A stretch of DNA of 64,000 nucleotides from Daphnia carinata (taxonomy: Eukaryota), in contig NC_081333.1 of NCBI RefSeq assembly GCF_022539665.2, positions 12,276,001 to 12,340,000 of the forward strand. The letters are read 5' to 3'. A program made the position numbers and the translations under genes. This document shows, in pieces, positions 51,559 through 64,000 of this stretch; the first letter of the stretch is position 1; each line of letters starts with the position of its first letter. Under the pieces are notes generated by a model. That model had not been told where the DNA came from, did not search any database, and worked only from the letters and a program-made list of their open reading frames with translations.

Positions 51559-54500
51559 CAATCAATAAAAATGACCCAACAGAGACCCGAACATGCTCGA
51601 CATTTATTTCACCACGTCCATATCGAAGACAACCGCAACGCATTGGAAACACACACATAAAGAACAAAAAAAAAAATGAAATAAAAAGCAGACGGTAACT
51701 AAACAAGAAAGAGACTACTATATGGAACATTTATATCTTTAAAACAAAACAGAAAAAAAAAACCGTTTGTATCTTCTAACGAACAATTTTTTTTTTCTTC
51801 TATCGATCACCGAATCTCACTTGCATTGTTTGTTTGCTTTTTCTTTCCTGTCCCAACTGAAAACATTATTTTGTGCCTATTGCGTATTATACGTGTGCAC
51901 GTAATGCCCCGTTGCGGGGAGGGTACTTCATCTAGTACGGGGGGAGGGGGGGGGAGAGAGTTGGCTGTTCTGCAATTTCTCGGTTGATGCCTTCCAGCTC
52001 TTTCCGGTTGACAGCGATATATCTCTCCCTCATTTCATACTTGTTTTTGTGGAGCTATTTCCCCTTTGCCATGAAGGGAGGATGAGGCCACCTTTTCTCT
52101 GTATCTAATAGTACTAAACGTAACTGGATATAGGCTTGTGTGCTCTAAGCAAACAACGGGTGCTTCATCAATTTTAATACCTTTGGCAACGTGCACTGGT
52201 TCACGTTTGCACGGGATACAATTCTGCATAGAGGCAAAAGGAATAATTAAATGGGCAAATATAAGAGCAATAAGGACACAAGGATTAGAAACACACAATT
52301 GTAATTTTGTCAGGTTAAATTGTGTTGTTGTCTCTCAGGTAAGTAGCGGATTTATTAAACAACCTCAAAAGTCTTCGTATTTCTTAGACTTTGCATCATC
52401 CAACAGATGCTGCGTTTACGTTTTACTCTCGTAAGCTTTACTAGAAAATCTTCATCTCCGACATGTTTGAATATGAAGAGGAAGCATCTCTTCCGCAAAA
52501 CAAAAGCAAAAACAAAAACGTGCTGAAAAAAGGAAGTGATGAAATAAAGCCCAGTTTTACGAAGCTATACAATTAATTAAAATCTCGAAAAAAAGGAGCT
52601 TCTCGTGTGGTGGTGGTAGTTTATCCTACATCTCCTGGGGCGTATCATACAGTTCTTCATTCGCAATGTGATGAATGTTGCATAAGTCCCGTCCTATCGT
52701 CGACAGAACACGAGAGAGGGATATCAAATTAAACGAACCAGCATGGATTTCCCTAAAGCTCTTCTTTATACCGTTCCTCCCGCTGCCCTAACCCAACACA
52801 CACAGACGAAAAGCATCGTCGCTTGTGCCCGTCACTGACGCGCATACGAAAATGTAATGTAACCACAAGGCGATTAAAAATACTGACGAGACAAATATGC
52901 TATGCAAGACTCATTAAGAATACAAGTCGTATAATGGAACGTACATCAGCTTCCGATATGAATGCATAAACCCGAACGTCATAAACGAATATTTTATTCG
53001 GCTGTGTCTTTATAACATCCGTTTTACGGCATCAAAGAGGGAACCCTATTTGCATCATACGTTACAACGATTGTCGTCCATTGCTTACGTCAACATGCGT
53101 GTACAAGAAATTTATAGGGAACAAATTTTCGTTTATCGATGGAACTGTGTGAACCGAAAATCGAATTTGTTTTTATTTTCACATTCAAAGCGAGAATCTC
53201 AATATCAGGGAGCTACTGGCGCCTCCCTAACGCCACACGTTCGGAGCCAAATAGTCTTGGCGGTTGGCATCGATTGCAACCAACTCTATTGGGAAATCGG
53301 TGAGCAATAAGAAAAAGACATTGCCTGCTGATCCTGCTTCGTTTTTTTTCCTCTACGCTTCTATTGTTACTCCCCGTCAGTCTCTATCTCATACTCTAGC
53401 GGCCGTTGGGGACTCACATTTCTTTTTTGTTATATTTTGAATAAGCTGTATAGATTGCTTATATGGACCCGAGTCGTAGTGTGTGGGTATCTCCGACGCA
53501 ATGGATTATTCGATCTTGCGCTTTTCATCTCGGTCAGTCCCGTCCGCGTTTATGGATTTCTAAAACGGAGGGACTACGTATACAACTAGACACGTCTCAT
53601 ATATTCTTGTAATCCGCTTTTTTTGTGTGTCTGTGGGGTTATTATCACCAATCTTGAGCTAGAAAAAGTGCACAGTTGTGAGTCATGACCTCGCCTTCGT
53701 GTATCTTCACTGGTAATCACGACGCCGTGAAAGCCCAGCTGCAGTGAAGAATGTTTTGAATGGCGTCACTCGCTCACCATGACAACGTTTCATGATATTG
53801 CGCATTGCCATTGTCACCATCCAATCTCATTATGTCAGCTCTGTCAGGCGTATGCCAACGTGAATCAACGGACTCATTTCAACACATCAACAAAGTGAAC
53901 TAGAAACTATTATTTTTTTTTTTTGAAGTCGATACAAACGATGAAAATGTTTTGGATTTTCTTTTGGCTTTTAATTGGCATGCGCTTCTTTATTCCTTTG
54001 AGCTCTCGCTCGAGTCTGTCGCCATTGAACTTTTAACCACAGGATTCATTCCATCGGGGCACAGTAGACGATGGTTTACATTCATCAGATATTTTTTTCG
54101 GCCCACGCCAAGAAGGAAATGTAAATGCAGACAGGATTTTGTTTCTTGTGGTTTCATTCAACTTATAAGAATACAAATGTTTATTAAAAGATGCAGTGAA
54201 GGAAAGAATGGCTAACAATTCAGAGACGTGGTTATAACGAAAAAAGACAGCAGTCAATCGATAACACAAGTTTGGTGCGTAAACAAATCCATGGTTTCTA
54301 GGGACAAAAATATTTTTTTTTAAAACCCTGTTTCCCGAGCTACGTTGTTGCATTGCCTATTTAAACGCTGCTCGTAATACTGCTTAGATTTATACATTGT
54401 TAATAAGGATATCATTATCAGCATGCAATTGAAATCAGAGTCGTTCTCTATACTTACTTTATTGTCCCCCTAGTGGCAATTAAACTCGGAACGAATAAAG

Positions 54501-57500
54501 GTGTATTACGTGAAAGAGGATTTCATTCGACGAAGGCAATCTATTCAAATTAAAAAATAAATTATTTACAACCTGAGCCGTATCGTTGAACAATTGTCGC
54601 TGACTTTCGTCTCGAGTGTCTGCTGCTCGTTACAGCCTACATGAGAAGACGGTCTATTTATTAGGCTACAAAAAAAAGTAAAACACGGAACGCACATTTC
54701 ATTGCAAATATTTTAAACTTTGTCGTTCCATAACTGCCAGTAACATATAAATTTTTAAGTTTGATATTACCTTTAGACGAGGGAATAGAGAAACCCAACC
54801 TTACCAACACTGACATGTAGCTCGATAAGTAATTCATTACACGTACAGTAATTCTAAACTCGCTACATTCATAGAACAGCGTTAACGACAGACAGGTGTC
54901 GAACTTTTTTAATGTCCAAAAGAATAACAAAAAAAAAAATATATAAAACTGGGTTAACACTGCGATTTCTCGTATTTTACTAGCACTAACTCTGCTTTTC
55001 TGCGCGCCTTTTATGAACTAGACAACCGTAACATTTCACTCTTCAACCCTCTCTTTTTTCTTTTTTTTTTTTGCCGCCACGCAATACGGCGTTCCCCGTA
55101 TTACGTACAAGGTCTTATGTTGAAATCCGCTGTCAAATAGCTATTCGGGAGCCTTGGATAGGTGGCCCCGAGAGAATCTGGCCGCCACAGCGGGACCCGC
55201 GCCAAAAGCTTAGAGGTACGTGCGACCGCAAGATGCTTAACTATTATGACTAGCCATAACATGTAATACTGTTATAGGCTAATACTGTGAACACAGCGAC
55301 GCAAGTGAACGTGTACGACGGGCACATTCGTCGAAGGGTCCAGCGGCGTCGAATTAATCGGATCAAAAGAAAATGTTCACAAGCGACACGGTTTTAAAAG
55401 GCAATACGACTGGAGGATTTTCCGCTGTCCTTTCACCTGGTGTTGTTGGCTTTAGCAACATAGATTTGTGTTAAAAAGAAATTGAATAAAATTTTTTTTT
55501 TTTTTAAAGGCCCGCTTAATACATATGAGACGAGACCAGGATTTTGATGCATTTTTTTTTAACCATTTATTTTTTAAAAAGAAATTTACGTGACCACACG
55601 CACCCGCTTTACACGACATGTAACAGCTATTCTTATATAACCAGTGTTTTCAGACTCTTGCCGTCTGTTTGCTTTTCATTTTATCGCCTTCATGCGACTT
55701 TGCTGGACGAAATGTTATTCGCTACAGTTGCGTCTGGTTGGACGGATTTTCGGTGGTAAATGTTATTGTAAATCATTTTGTTTTTCTTCTTCTACTTGCT
55801 AATAGCTCCGTTAACTGCTTGTGGACAAAGGCGAACGACCGAAGTGCATCAAAAGGCAAACAAGTTTATTGCCATTTATTTTTAAAAGATAAAAAAAAAA
55901 CAATATACTGTATGGAACTGTTGGACTGCCGTGATAGATAATCAGAAATAGAAATAGCCTCGAAAAAGAGGTCTGACAATAGACAGGCAACAGGCGGCCA
56001 TCGTGAGCGTGAGAGCTCGAACGAAGGATACGCAATCAGACCCCCGTGTACAATCTGGTATATGTAGCCGAGTACAGTGCAACTTCGAGTTAGACAAAAA
56101 CCGATAAGACCCATTGAACTTGATTGGTCAATTGCTTTTGGATTCATTGCACACGGCGATCGAGTTATTACGAATGTGCAGCGCAAACTTTGTATAGAAT
56201 GCGGATTACAAACTGTGTGTTTCTATGTACGCGCTATAGAATAATAAAGAAGGGGAAAGTTAAATATTAATATGAGATTGATTTTGTCTTCCCTAGCAAC
56301 TATACTTCCGCCTAATATGTGTACAAAGAAATCGTAGATTACTGTACACTAGGACATGTTATTGCTATGGTTTGCTCGGTGCTGGCGCTCGGGAAAAATT
56401 TGCCATTGTTTAGATGGCATTGCCAAATTGATTGCGAGTGCAGCTTGCTCGTTCTATACGCCTCGTTCACGTCCCTCTTCACGTACAAATCTCTTTCCTT
56501 ATTTTTGTTTTCTTGATTATATTGCTGTGCATAAATTCCTTATGACCAATTACTACCCGAATGCCGGACCGATGGCCATCAACACTGTGTCTAGCCCAAA
56601 TGGCTGTACTCCGTTCAACTTTGTTTTGTGGCAAAGTGGTACCTCGTCTTCGCCTTTGACTTTCATTATTTGATCGTTTGGACATGCATGAACGAGGCAG
56701 TGATATCGTCGTAGCAATTGCGATTCACCGGCAGATTACACAGCCTAGTAAAAGAGTCTAGTGGTTAGAATACACAGCGGTGGGTATGTGCGTGTGTGGC
56801 TTCGAGCTGAGATGGAGCCAATCGAACCAGATGAAGAGAGGGGAAAAGAAAAAAAAAAAGCAATGGCGCCGGAAGTGTTTCAATGGCCGTTGACTCCTCT
56901 TGTAATGCCAAAAGCACCGTCTCCGCCTTTCCCCATAAGATTCACTGAAAGTTAATCGAGTCGCAAAAAAAAAAAAAATGAACAAATTCCCAGGCGAAGG
57001 AGAGGAAAAAAAAAACTCCCACAAATGCGTCACGCGGAAATGTTCAACCTTGCCTTTAGCGCCTTCATTTATTTAGTCTTCTATCCACCTCCCGTTTTTT
57101 TTTTCTCGTTTGATTTTTTTTCTTTTGTGGGGAGTTGATTCTATCGTTAACTGCGCAGAGACCCATTAACGAAAGAGAAAGAGAACAAAAATCGATAAAG
57201 AACATTAAAGACCCATTCTTTGATGCGATTAGATCGTATCTTAATTGCTGCAGTTGATGAGCAGCAAAAAGAATTTCTTTACATCGCCTCCAGCGTTTTG
57301 GGTCCTTTCGTTTTTATCAAACCAACCGAACTGGGGAAAGAAAAAAAAATGAATCACGTTCCACTCGAAAAGCTTTATCTAAAATCACCCTGGGCAACTT
57401 TGAAAGTTACAGTTATGCAGTTTGAGAATAAATTAAAGAGTCATTCACTCATTTCATTCTTTTTGGAAGGTTCCAATTGTAAACAGCAAAACGCATCCAT

Positions 57501-60500
57501 TTTCGCATAAGAACGGGACCGTGAGTCCGCCATAGATTGGTGCCGATAACAGATCACGTACGTATTGACGTCAATCTTCGACGTGTCAGCGTGCTTTCCT
57601 ATTCCCCAACTATCTATTTCGATTTCATCTGTTATTGTCGTACAACATTCTGCCAAGTCGGATGGTTTTCCTCTTCCGCTTGTCCTTCTTTTGAAAAGAG
57701 TCTCATCCGGATGTATACAACGCCCTGATGTTATACACATATCCCTTTTCTTTTAGGCTCCTATATCCGGGCCATAATTCCTGTGACGATCGCGCTGACA
57801 TAGACGATATCACAGTGAGCAATCAGTCTCTATAGCTCAAGAGTGTCGTTGCTGCTAAATCCTTTTTTTTGTTTTTTTTTCTTTTTCTCTTCCGTTTTCC
57901 ATGTGCACGTTTGGTTTCTCATCAGCTTTTTTTTGTACGAGGATATGGGAAAGTTCCCTCCGTCCTCAATTGCGTAGCCCATTCATTGGTGTTATTTTTT
58001 TTTTTTTGGGGGGGGGGGGGAGGAGGGCATGCGAGGTCTTGATAAAAACACATTGGCCAAGTTTTTGCACTGAGGCTATGCATAAAAACCACAACAATGA
58101 AAAATCAGTGATACACAAGAACAGGTTTACAGGAGACACTGGGCAGCTGCTGTCGCTCTTTGCAGTAACAGAAACGGAGTGCCGGAGAATAAGTTTGAAA
58201 AGAAATAGACCAAGTATGTAGTGTGTTGCATGCGGTGCACGTACATTGCGAGCCTTTATACCTATACATCTGTAGGCGTGTTTTTTTTTTTCTTTTACTC
58301 AATTATCGATTTTAGAGAAGGATGCCCTTCTGCAGGTCGTCACAAACTCGACGCATGTTGCACTCCACAAGGAGCCAGCAGCTGACTAACACATGGCAAA
58401 CAATTTATTTTATCTTTATCAAAAGCAATCAGCCTTGATCGAAAGGGCGACGTTGATCGATTCGTTGCCACATTGGCTATAGAAATTACGAGGTGATAAG
58501 AACCCAACGCCTTCGAAACAGACAGAACCGAACAGACTTTCGGGATTACCCCACGTAGCTTATACGGTTTGCATTCGGATGAGTACAGTGCACGAGGAGA
58601 GAGAACGAAAGAAAAACAAATTGATTTTTTTGTTCAGTTGTTGTCTTCAACGCAATGCCAATCCGCCATGAAAGTCCAAAACAAAATACAACGGATTCCG
58701 CGCGTGAGCGCGATACGCTGTCTGCAGTATCGCTTTGGACGACTGTTTGGCCAAGCAGTTGACATGTTACACGATCAATTAAAAAGCCTTTGATCTCGGC
58801 TTGTTTCTGGCATACGCCCACATACTGCGGCAATGGAACACGAGCAAACTCTAGGATCGCCCCATGTCAGCGAGATGTCAAAATAGACGTATAACCTTTC
58901 GGGTTATAGCAAATCATTCGACGTATGATGAAATGTCGTCTCGATGGCTTAATAATAAAAAAAAAAAAACGTGTACTTGATAAAGGATCTCATTCTTCCT
59001 TATTTTTTGTATTTTTAACGTCGCGTTAATAAGTCTGTACTAATAAGATGTCGGAATAATGCGATTGTACTGCAAAGCTGCATACACAAAAAGAAGATTC
59101 ACTTGTATACGGCCGAGCATTATAATAACATTTAATGACCAAGTTAAGCGGATATTAAACTTACATGTACACGTGCCAGCAACTGGCTCTTTATATTTTG
59201 CTCGTCATTTAGCAACCCTTTTTTTTTTCTCTTCAGGACATTAATTCAGTTTTATTGAACTATCTTTCTTTGTACAACAAGACTCGTAAAAATATTTTCT
59301 TAATGAAACTGGCTGCCGTGCTTGGTGAAGCCTGAATGTATTAATACTAAAGAAAAAGGGGAATACTCTAGGTCCCAATGTTTTTTTATCGGCGTCACGT
59401 AATTTGATAATAGTACAATTACATGGCCAACCATTAGGCACACAAGGCCATCAAATAAAGTGTGCAGGTAAATGTTTATTTTAGAGCGATCTTTGGGGCA
59501 TAAACGCGCATCCTGTTCGACTGACTGATTGGATAGTTGGAAAGGCCATCGCATCAGCAAAAGAAGGCGACCTAATGCCCTGTATATAAATGAAGTTTGT
59601 TCAACAGCAAACAAGACAAACAGTTCCAGCTTATCAGGTTCGATTTCTCGATTTGCTGTCACACGGTATGTCCTGAATAGTCGATCACCTGTCGTGAAAA
59701 TATTCAAAACAGGCACGGATGTGAAATTGGCTAACAGCCCGTTTTCCTCCTACACGAACGTGTGACAACTTGTCAATCAAGTTTTAAACCAGTTATAGGA
59801 ACTGGAAGGTTACGTTTATACATTAGCGTCAAACTTCGTAACAGATCGCTCTTTCCGGCTTTGTTATTATTCGAACTAGGTCTCTGTGGAACCTGTCAAT
59901 CCGGATGCATTTCACCGAAATTGTACAACATTGACGTCCTTAGAAAGTTACATTATCCAACATCTGTGCAAAAAAACAGAAAATTTTTCATTCACTCAAT
60001 GAAATTATAGGACGCAGAGTTTGAATTTTCTGCGGGACGTGATGAGCGCTCTTCGTTGTAAAATGAATCTTGTGACGAGCTGTAATAGCAATTCTTTTTC
60101 CGCCAAACTTTTTAAAATTCGTTCGCATCAAATGGATGTAGGCATGACTGAAAAAATTTATGTGAGAATATTGATGATTGGTGTGAGTGATACGTGTCTG
60201 ATAAAATCTCAATCGTATCAAACTATTTTCTTTTTAAATTTACATATTTGCCCGATCCGTTATGGTTTGACATTTTTGTTCACGCGTAACATTAACGAAA
60301 GAAAATGAAGTCTTTATTATTTAAATTGGTATGTGCATAAAATAACCGATCGATCCAAATTTTATTAAACGAAATTCATTTTTCTATACGTGAGGCAGGG
60401 ATGGAAAAACAGCTCGTTTAATATTCTATGAGCAATACAGTTAAAACTGTGCGTCAAAGTCGTTCATTGTAAAGGAAGCCTGCCGGTTCAAAAACAAACA

Positions 60501-63500
60501 TCCATCCTTTCACCAAAACTTCTTCAAACAATCGATGACACCACATCGAAAGGAATAAAAATCACCGTTTCCCATTTGGCTTACAATTTTTACTGTTCAT
60601 TAAATATTCAAATATATGAGTCCACTGTAAACGTGAGAAAAAGAAGAAACTGAATGGCATTTCACATTAAGCTATCTGCTATCTGAACAGTTTCAATCGC
60701 CAGTGTCACTCACTTGCGGAATACATTTCACTAGAATCTTCTTTTATCGTATTAATTTTTACGTTGTATCACCTGTTCTGAATGGCAACCAACATTTGAA
60801 TCATTACATAAAGTAAAGCGCTTTTCCTATAGAACGGCTTGTAGATAGGACACCAAGTTCTTCTGTGCAACCTTTAAACGCATTTACCTTTTGTTCAGCA
60901 GTGGCTGATTTGTAGCAGAAGATGTGATTGCGTTCAAGGGGAAAAGACTCTCTCGGGTTCTGACAAAAGAACTACGTCCTACATCGTAATCCTTAAAAAA
61001 ACCGGAAGAACGCTTACGCACAAAGGACGGGGCTGCTGCAAAAGCTTTGCCATAGAGAGACCCATGTCTTATGACTGATGTGCGTCTCGCAATCTATACC
61101 GCTATCGTCAAAGCTTTTCTAACTCCGACGTCGGCAGGAATGGAAATTTCTATGCCATCATACCAATAATCTGAAAAGTAGGAAATTATCAAAAGAAGAA
61201 ACTGTAGCAGGGGATGTATGAAGCCAGACGTAAATCTATGCGTGCAACTACGCCGATATATATCGCAGAGCATATCTCGTAGTATTACGTCGCCTCTAAA
61301 ACTAATAATCGACGGTGGAAAAAAGAAAATTGACAACAAAAGAGAACGTGGAAAATCGGAAGGAAGACTTTCGAATCCTATTGACAATCGTAGCGAAATT
61401 GAAAAGGAAGGATTTGTAAATGCGATTTTGCAGGTTCTCGTGTTGCGTTTTATTTCATTCCAAGTGCTTCCGCACAATCATGCAACATAGAAAAAAAAAA
61501 AATGTATACTGTGAAGTCTTGTAAAAAGCTAAGCAAATCAGGTTAAATCGAATCACATCGAGTCGAATACATTCATATGAGCCAGTGGAGGAAACGAAGA
61601 TGTTTTTGGGTTTCTATCGCGTTGCATCCATGACGCGCTGTTCTGTAGCGGAATGACCCTGTTCTAGCATTACGTCAATTTACTAGCTAACAATAGCAGT
61701 GTTTCTCAATCAACAACTTGTACCCTTTTGTAAGTGTCACGATTGCCATTTACAAGGCAGTGCCACCAGTCAAGTTCTCGTTTAAAGAGGAGAAGCCCTT
61801 TCGATTGAACCGCCTAATTATCACGATCCGCCAACTTGTACACACTCACATACCAAGATCCAAGTTATAACGAGCCGGAACAAGTTCCGAAATAGCACCG
61901 AATGATCTACGATGATAACGCAAAAGGCGTGGCGTAATTGAAAACAAGAAGATTGGTGTTGGGCGATTGCAACATCCATTGAACAAGATAGAAAGATGAA
62001 GTTGGATTGGAATTGTTGGTTTGAAATTGCAATCATTCTGGTATTTCTGCTTGGACTATTACAGTTGTGGAGGTTGACAATGTTGATCGTCGGTTACGAC
62101 ATCGATACAAATTCCTATCAGACAAAATGGAAACAATAAACAAGAAAACTTGCTAGTGACAAGGGAATTATCCGACATTATTGCGAAAGGAAACATAAAC
62201 GTTCGAGTTTTTTTTTTTCATTTGTACTTACATTGTGGCTGCTGAAGACGAATGACGTAAACGTTCTTATTCGTTTTTCCTTCCCGAAGCAGCTCAACGT
62301 TCTTTCATTGACACCTTATTGACAAGCGAATTGTAAGTTAGATTTAAAAGAGCCCCAAATGTTTCCTCGCATGTCGTAATCAAATTGCATTGCAGGCGGG
62401 ATTCGATTGACATCGGCCTCTGTGACTGTATCCATGGTGTCACTTTAATGTCACTATCTTTACACAGAAGCGCAGATAATACCATCTGATGTCAAGGGCA
62501 ACAATCATTGCGTTGCGTAACGGTTGTTGTTGACATCATATCGGATGCTGGACAAAAGTCCGTCTCAAATTAATTTTTTTGAAAGTCTCAATCCTGACAC
62601 GCAGTACATTATAAATCAGCGTGATCAAGTGACACTCACGCATTTACCAGGGAGAACTGACTTGCTCTGTATAATGCTTCGCAAATGTAATAGCGATGTG
62701 TTTGGAAAGCAGAAAGCGTTTCTAACGTTGTCACGACCGATGCCTCCATCTCCAGTGGACACGTACACACCTTTTCACGTCACGACCTGTTTTTTCGATC
62801 CCCCGATTCAAGCTATTAATTTCGGTTCATTGTCCATATGGTGCGTGGAAACGCATAGGGTAAAAGGATGGTAGCCCTGAAACGGACAGGTGAAGTACCC
62901 CAGATAGACTATCTTTATCGTGTCACACTCAAGTACGCGGAACGGCTGCGATCGATACACGGACGTGCTTTAGCACCGATCAAGTCTCACTATTGGATCT
63001 TGACCTGTTTCACCTCTAAGAATAGCACGAAAAATATATAGATGTACATGAAAGAACGTTTTCTTTTAATATTGTATTGATTGTGACGATACATATCATT
63101 GATTGGTATACGTGACAGCTAATTGTTGGCTGTGTGTGCGAAAAAACTTGCCGTTTATTCCGTACGATCGTGTGGAAACTGGAGAAAGCCTCGGATGAGC
63201 CGAGAGAGACGATGCTCGGGACTACATCAGACACGGAGGATAAACGCAGAAGTTGAATGTTTGGATGGGAGGACGACATATTGACAGGTGGATAAATGGG
63301 AGACTATGATGTACATTATATGTTACAAAGGGGAACGGTTTCGATGGATGAAAAATAGCTTGGGTAGTTTGCCTACGTAAACAAAGCTCAGAGGGGGTTG
63401 ATCTCGTGTTACTTTAGCCATGCGCGATCGTGTATGTTAACAAAAGATCGTATCAGAGTGTGGTTTACATGTAGCTGTGGAAGAGATTTCTTATGTACCT

Positions 63501-64000
63501 CAACCCTCATCAGTTTTAACCCTTGGAAACTGTTGCCATGGATGTGGGAGAAATTTGTTTCATCATTTCTGAATGTTCTCGCCTTTTTTTGTGTTTAAAT
63601 ACCAAACTTTGAAATGAAACTAAAGAACGAAGGAAGAGGATGCAGAGCACGGCAAAGAATGTCTTCCATCCAGTATTTGCACCGGTGGATGTTAAATTGC
63701 TTATTTGTATCACCACATCTCCATCTTAAAACTTTATAGCAGATAGGTTGTGGTGGTGAAAAGAAAACCACAGCTGAGAGTCACAAACGTCTTACTAAAC
63801 AATGTGGGTTACCTCCTCTATACACTCCACTCTTATTTATATCTCGAATGAATATACTATAATTATATATTTCTATGAAAATGATCGTGAAAAATATCTG
63901 GTGCGTTCGAGGACACGGTTGAGAGTGGTGGCAACAGCTGGCCGAAATCAAACAAAAACATCAAATGAAAATAATTTCAAGACGAAAAGAAGTCCATACG

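Noticed and set aside
61996..62139. 47-aa small ORF with a hydrophobic stretch (MKLDWNCWFEIAIILVFLLGLLQLW...)
   Set aside because: Hydrophobic short ORFs arise readily in T-rich DNA; no homology or expression evidence.

Overview
Eukaryotic, AT-rich genomic DNA with short (about 55-70 bp) GT-AG introns and many homopolymer runs. Gene content and style suggest a water flea (Daphnia-like crustacean); that taxon call is an inference. Five host genes can be supported. A compact three-gene cluster holds an MTBP (Mdm2-binding protein/Sld7-like) homologue (7844-10349, -), head-to-head with a POGLUT2/3 (KDELC)-type glycosyltransferase (10518-12410, +), which is convergent with an F-box/LRR gene (12625-15075, -). 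A three-exon Dmrt99B/DMRTA-class DM-domain gene lies at 26446-30528 (-) and a coactosin-like ADF-H gene at 44018 to at least 46695 (-). The most unusual structure is a ~5.0 kb foldback element (15088-20089) flanked by an 8-bp direct repeat and sitting 12 bp upstream of the F-box start codon. Its two ~2.25 kb inverted arms each carry an inward-reading spliced coiled-coil gene or gene remnant and an outward-reading ~360-nt run of hairpins. The ~520 bp unique spacer holds three degenerate tRNA-like A/B-box units pointing away from the centre. No transposase is visible. A second element with the same terminal 18-mer begins 30 bp away. The remaining sequence (1-7.5 kb, 21.5-26.4 kb, 31-44 kb, 48.3-64 kb) looks non-coding, and the short ORFs there are not supported.
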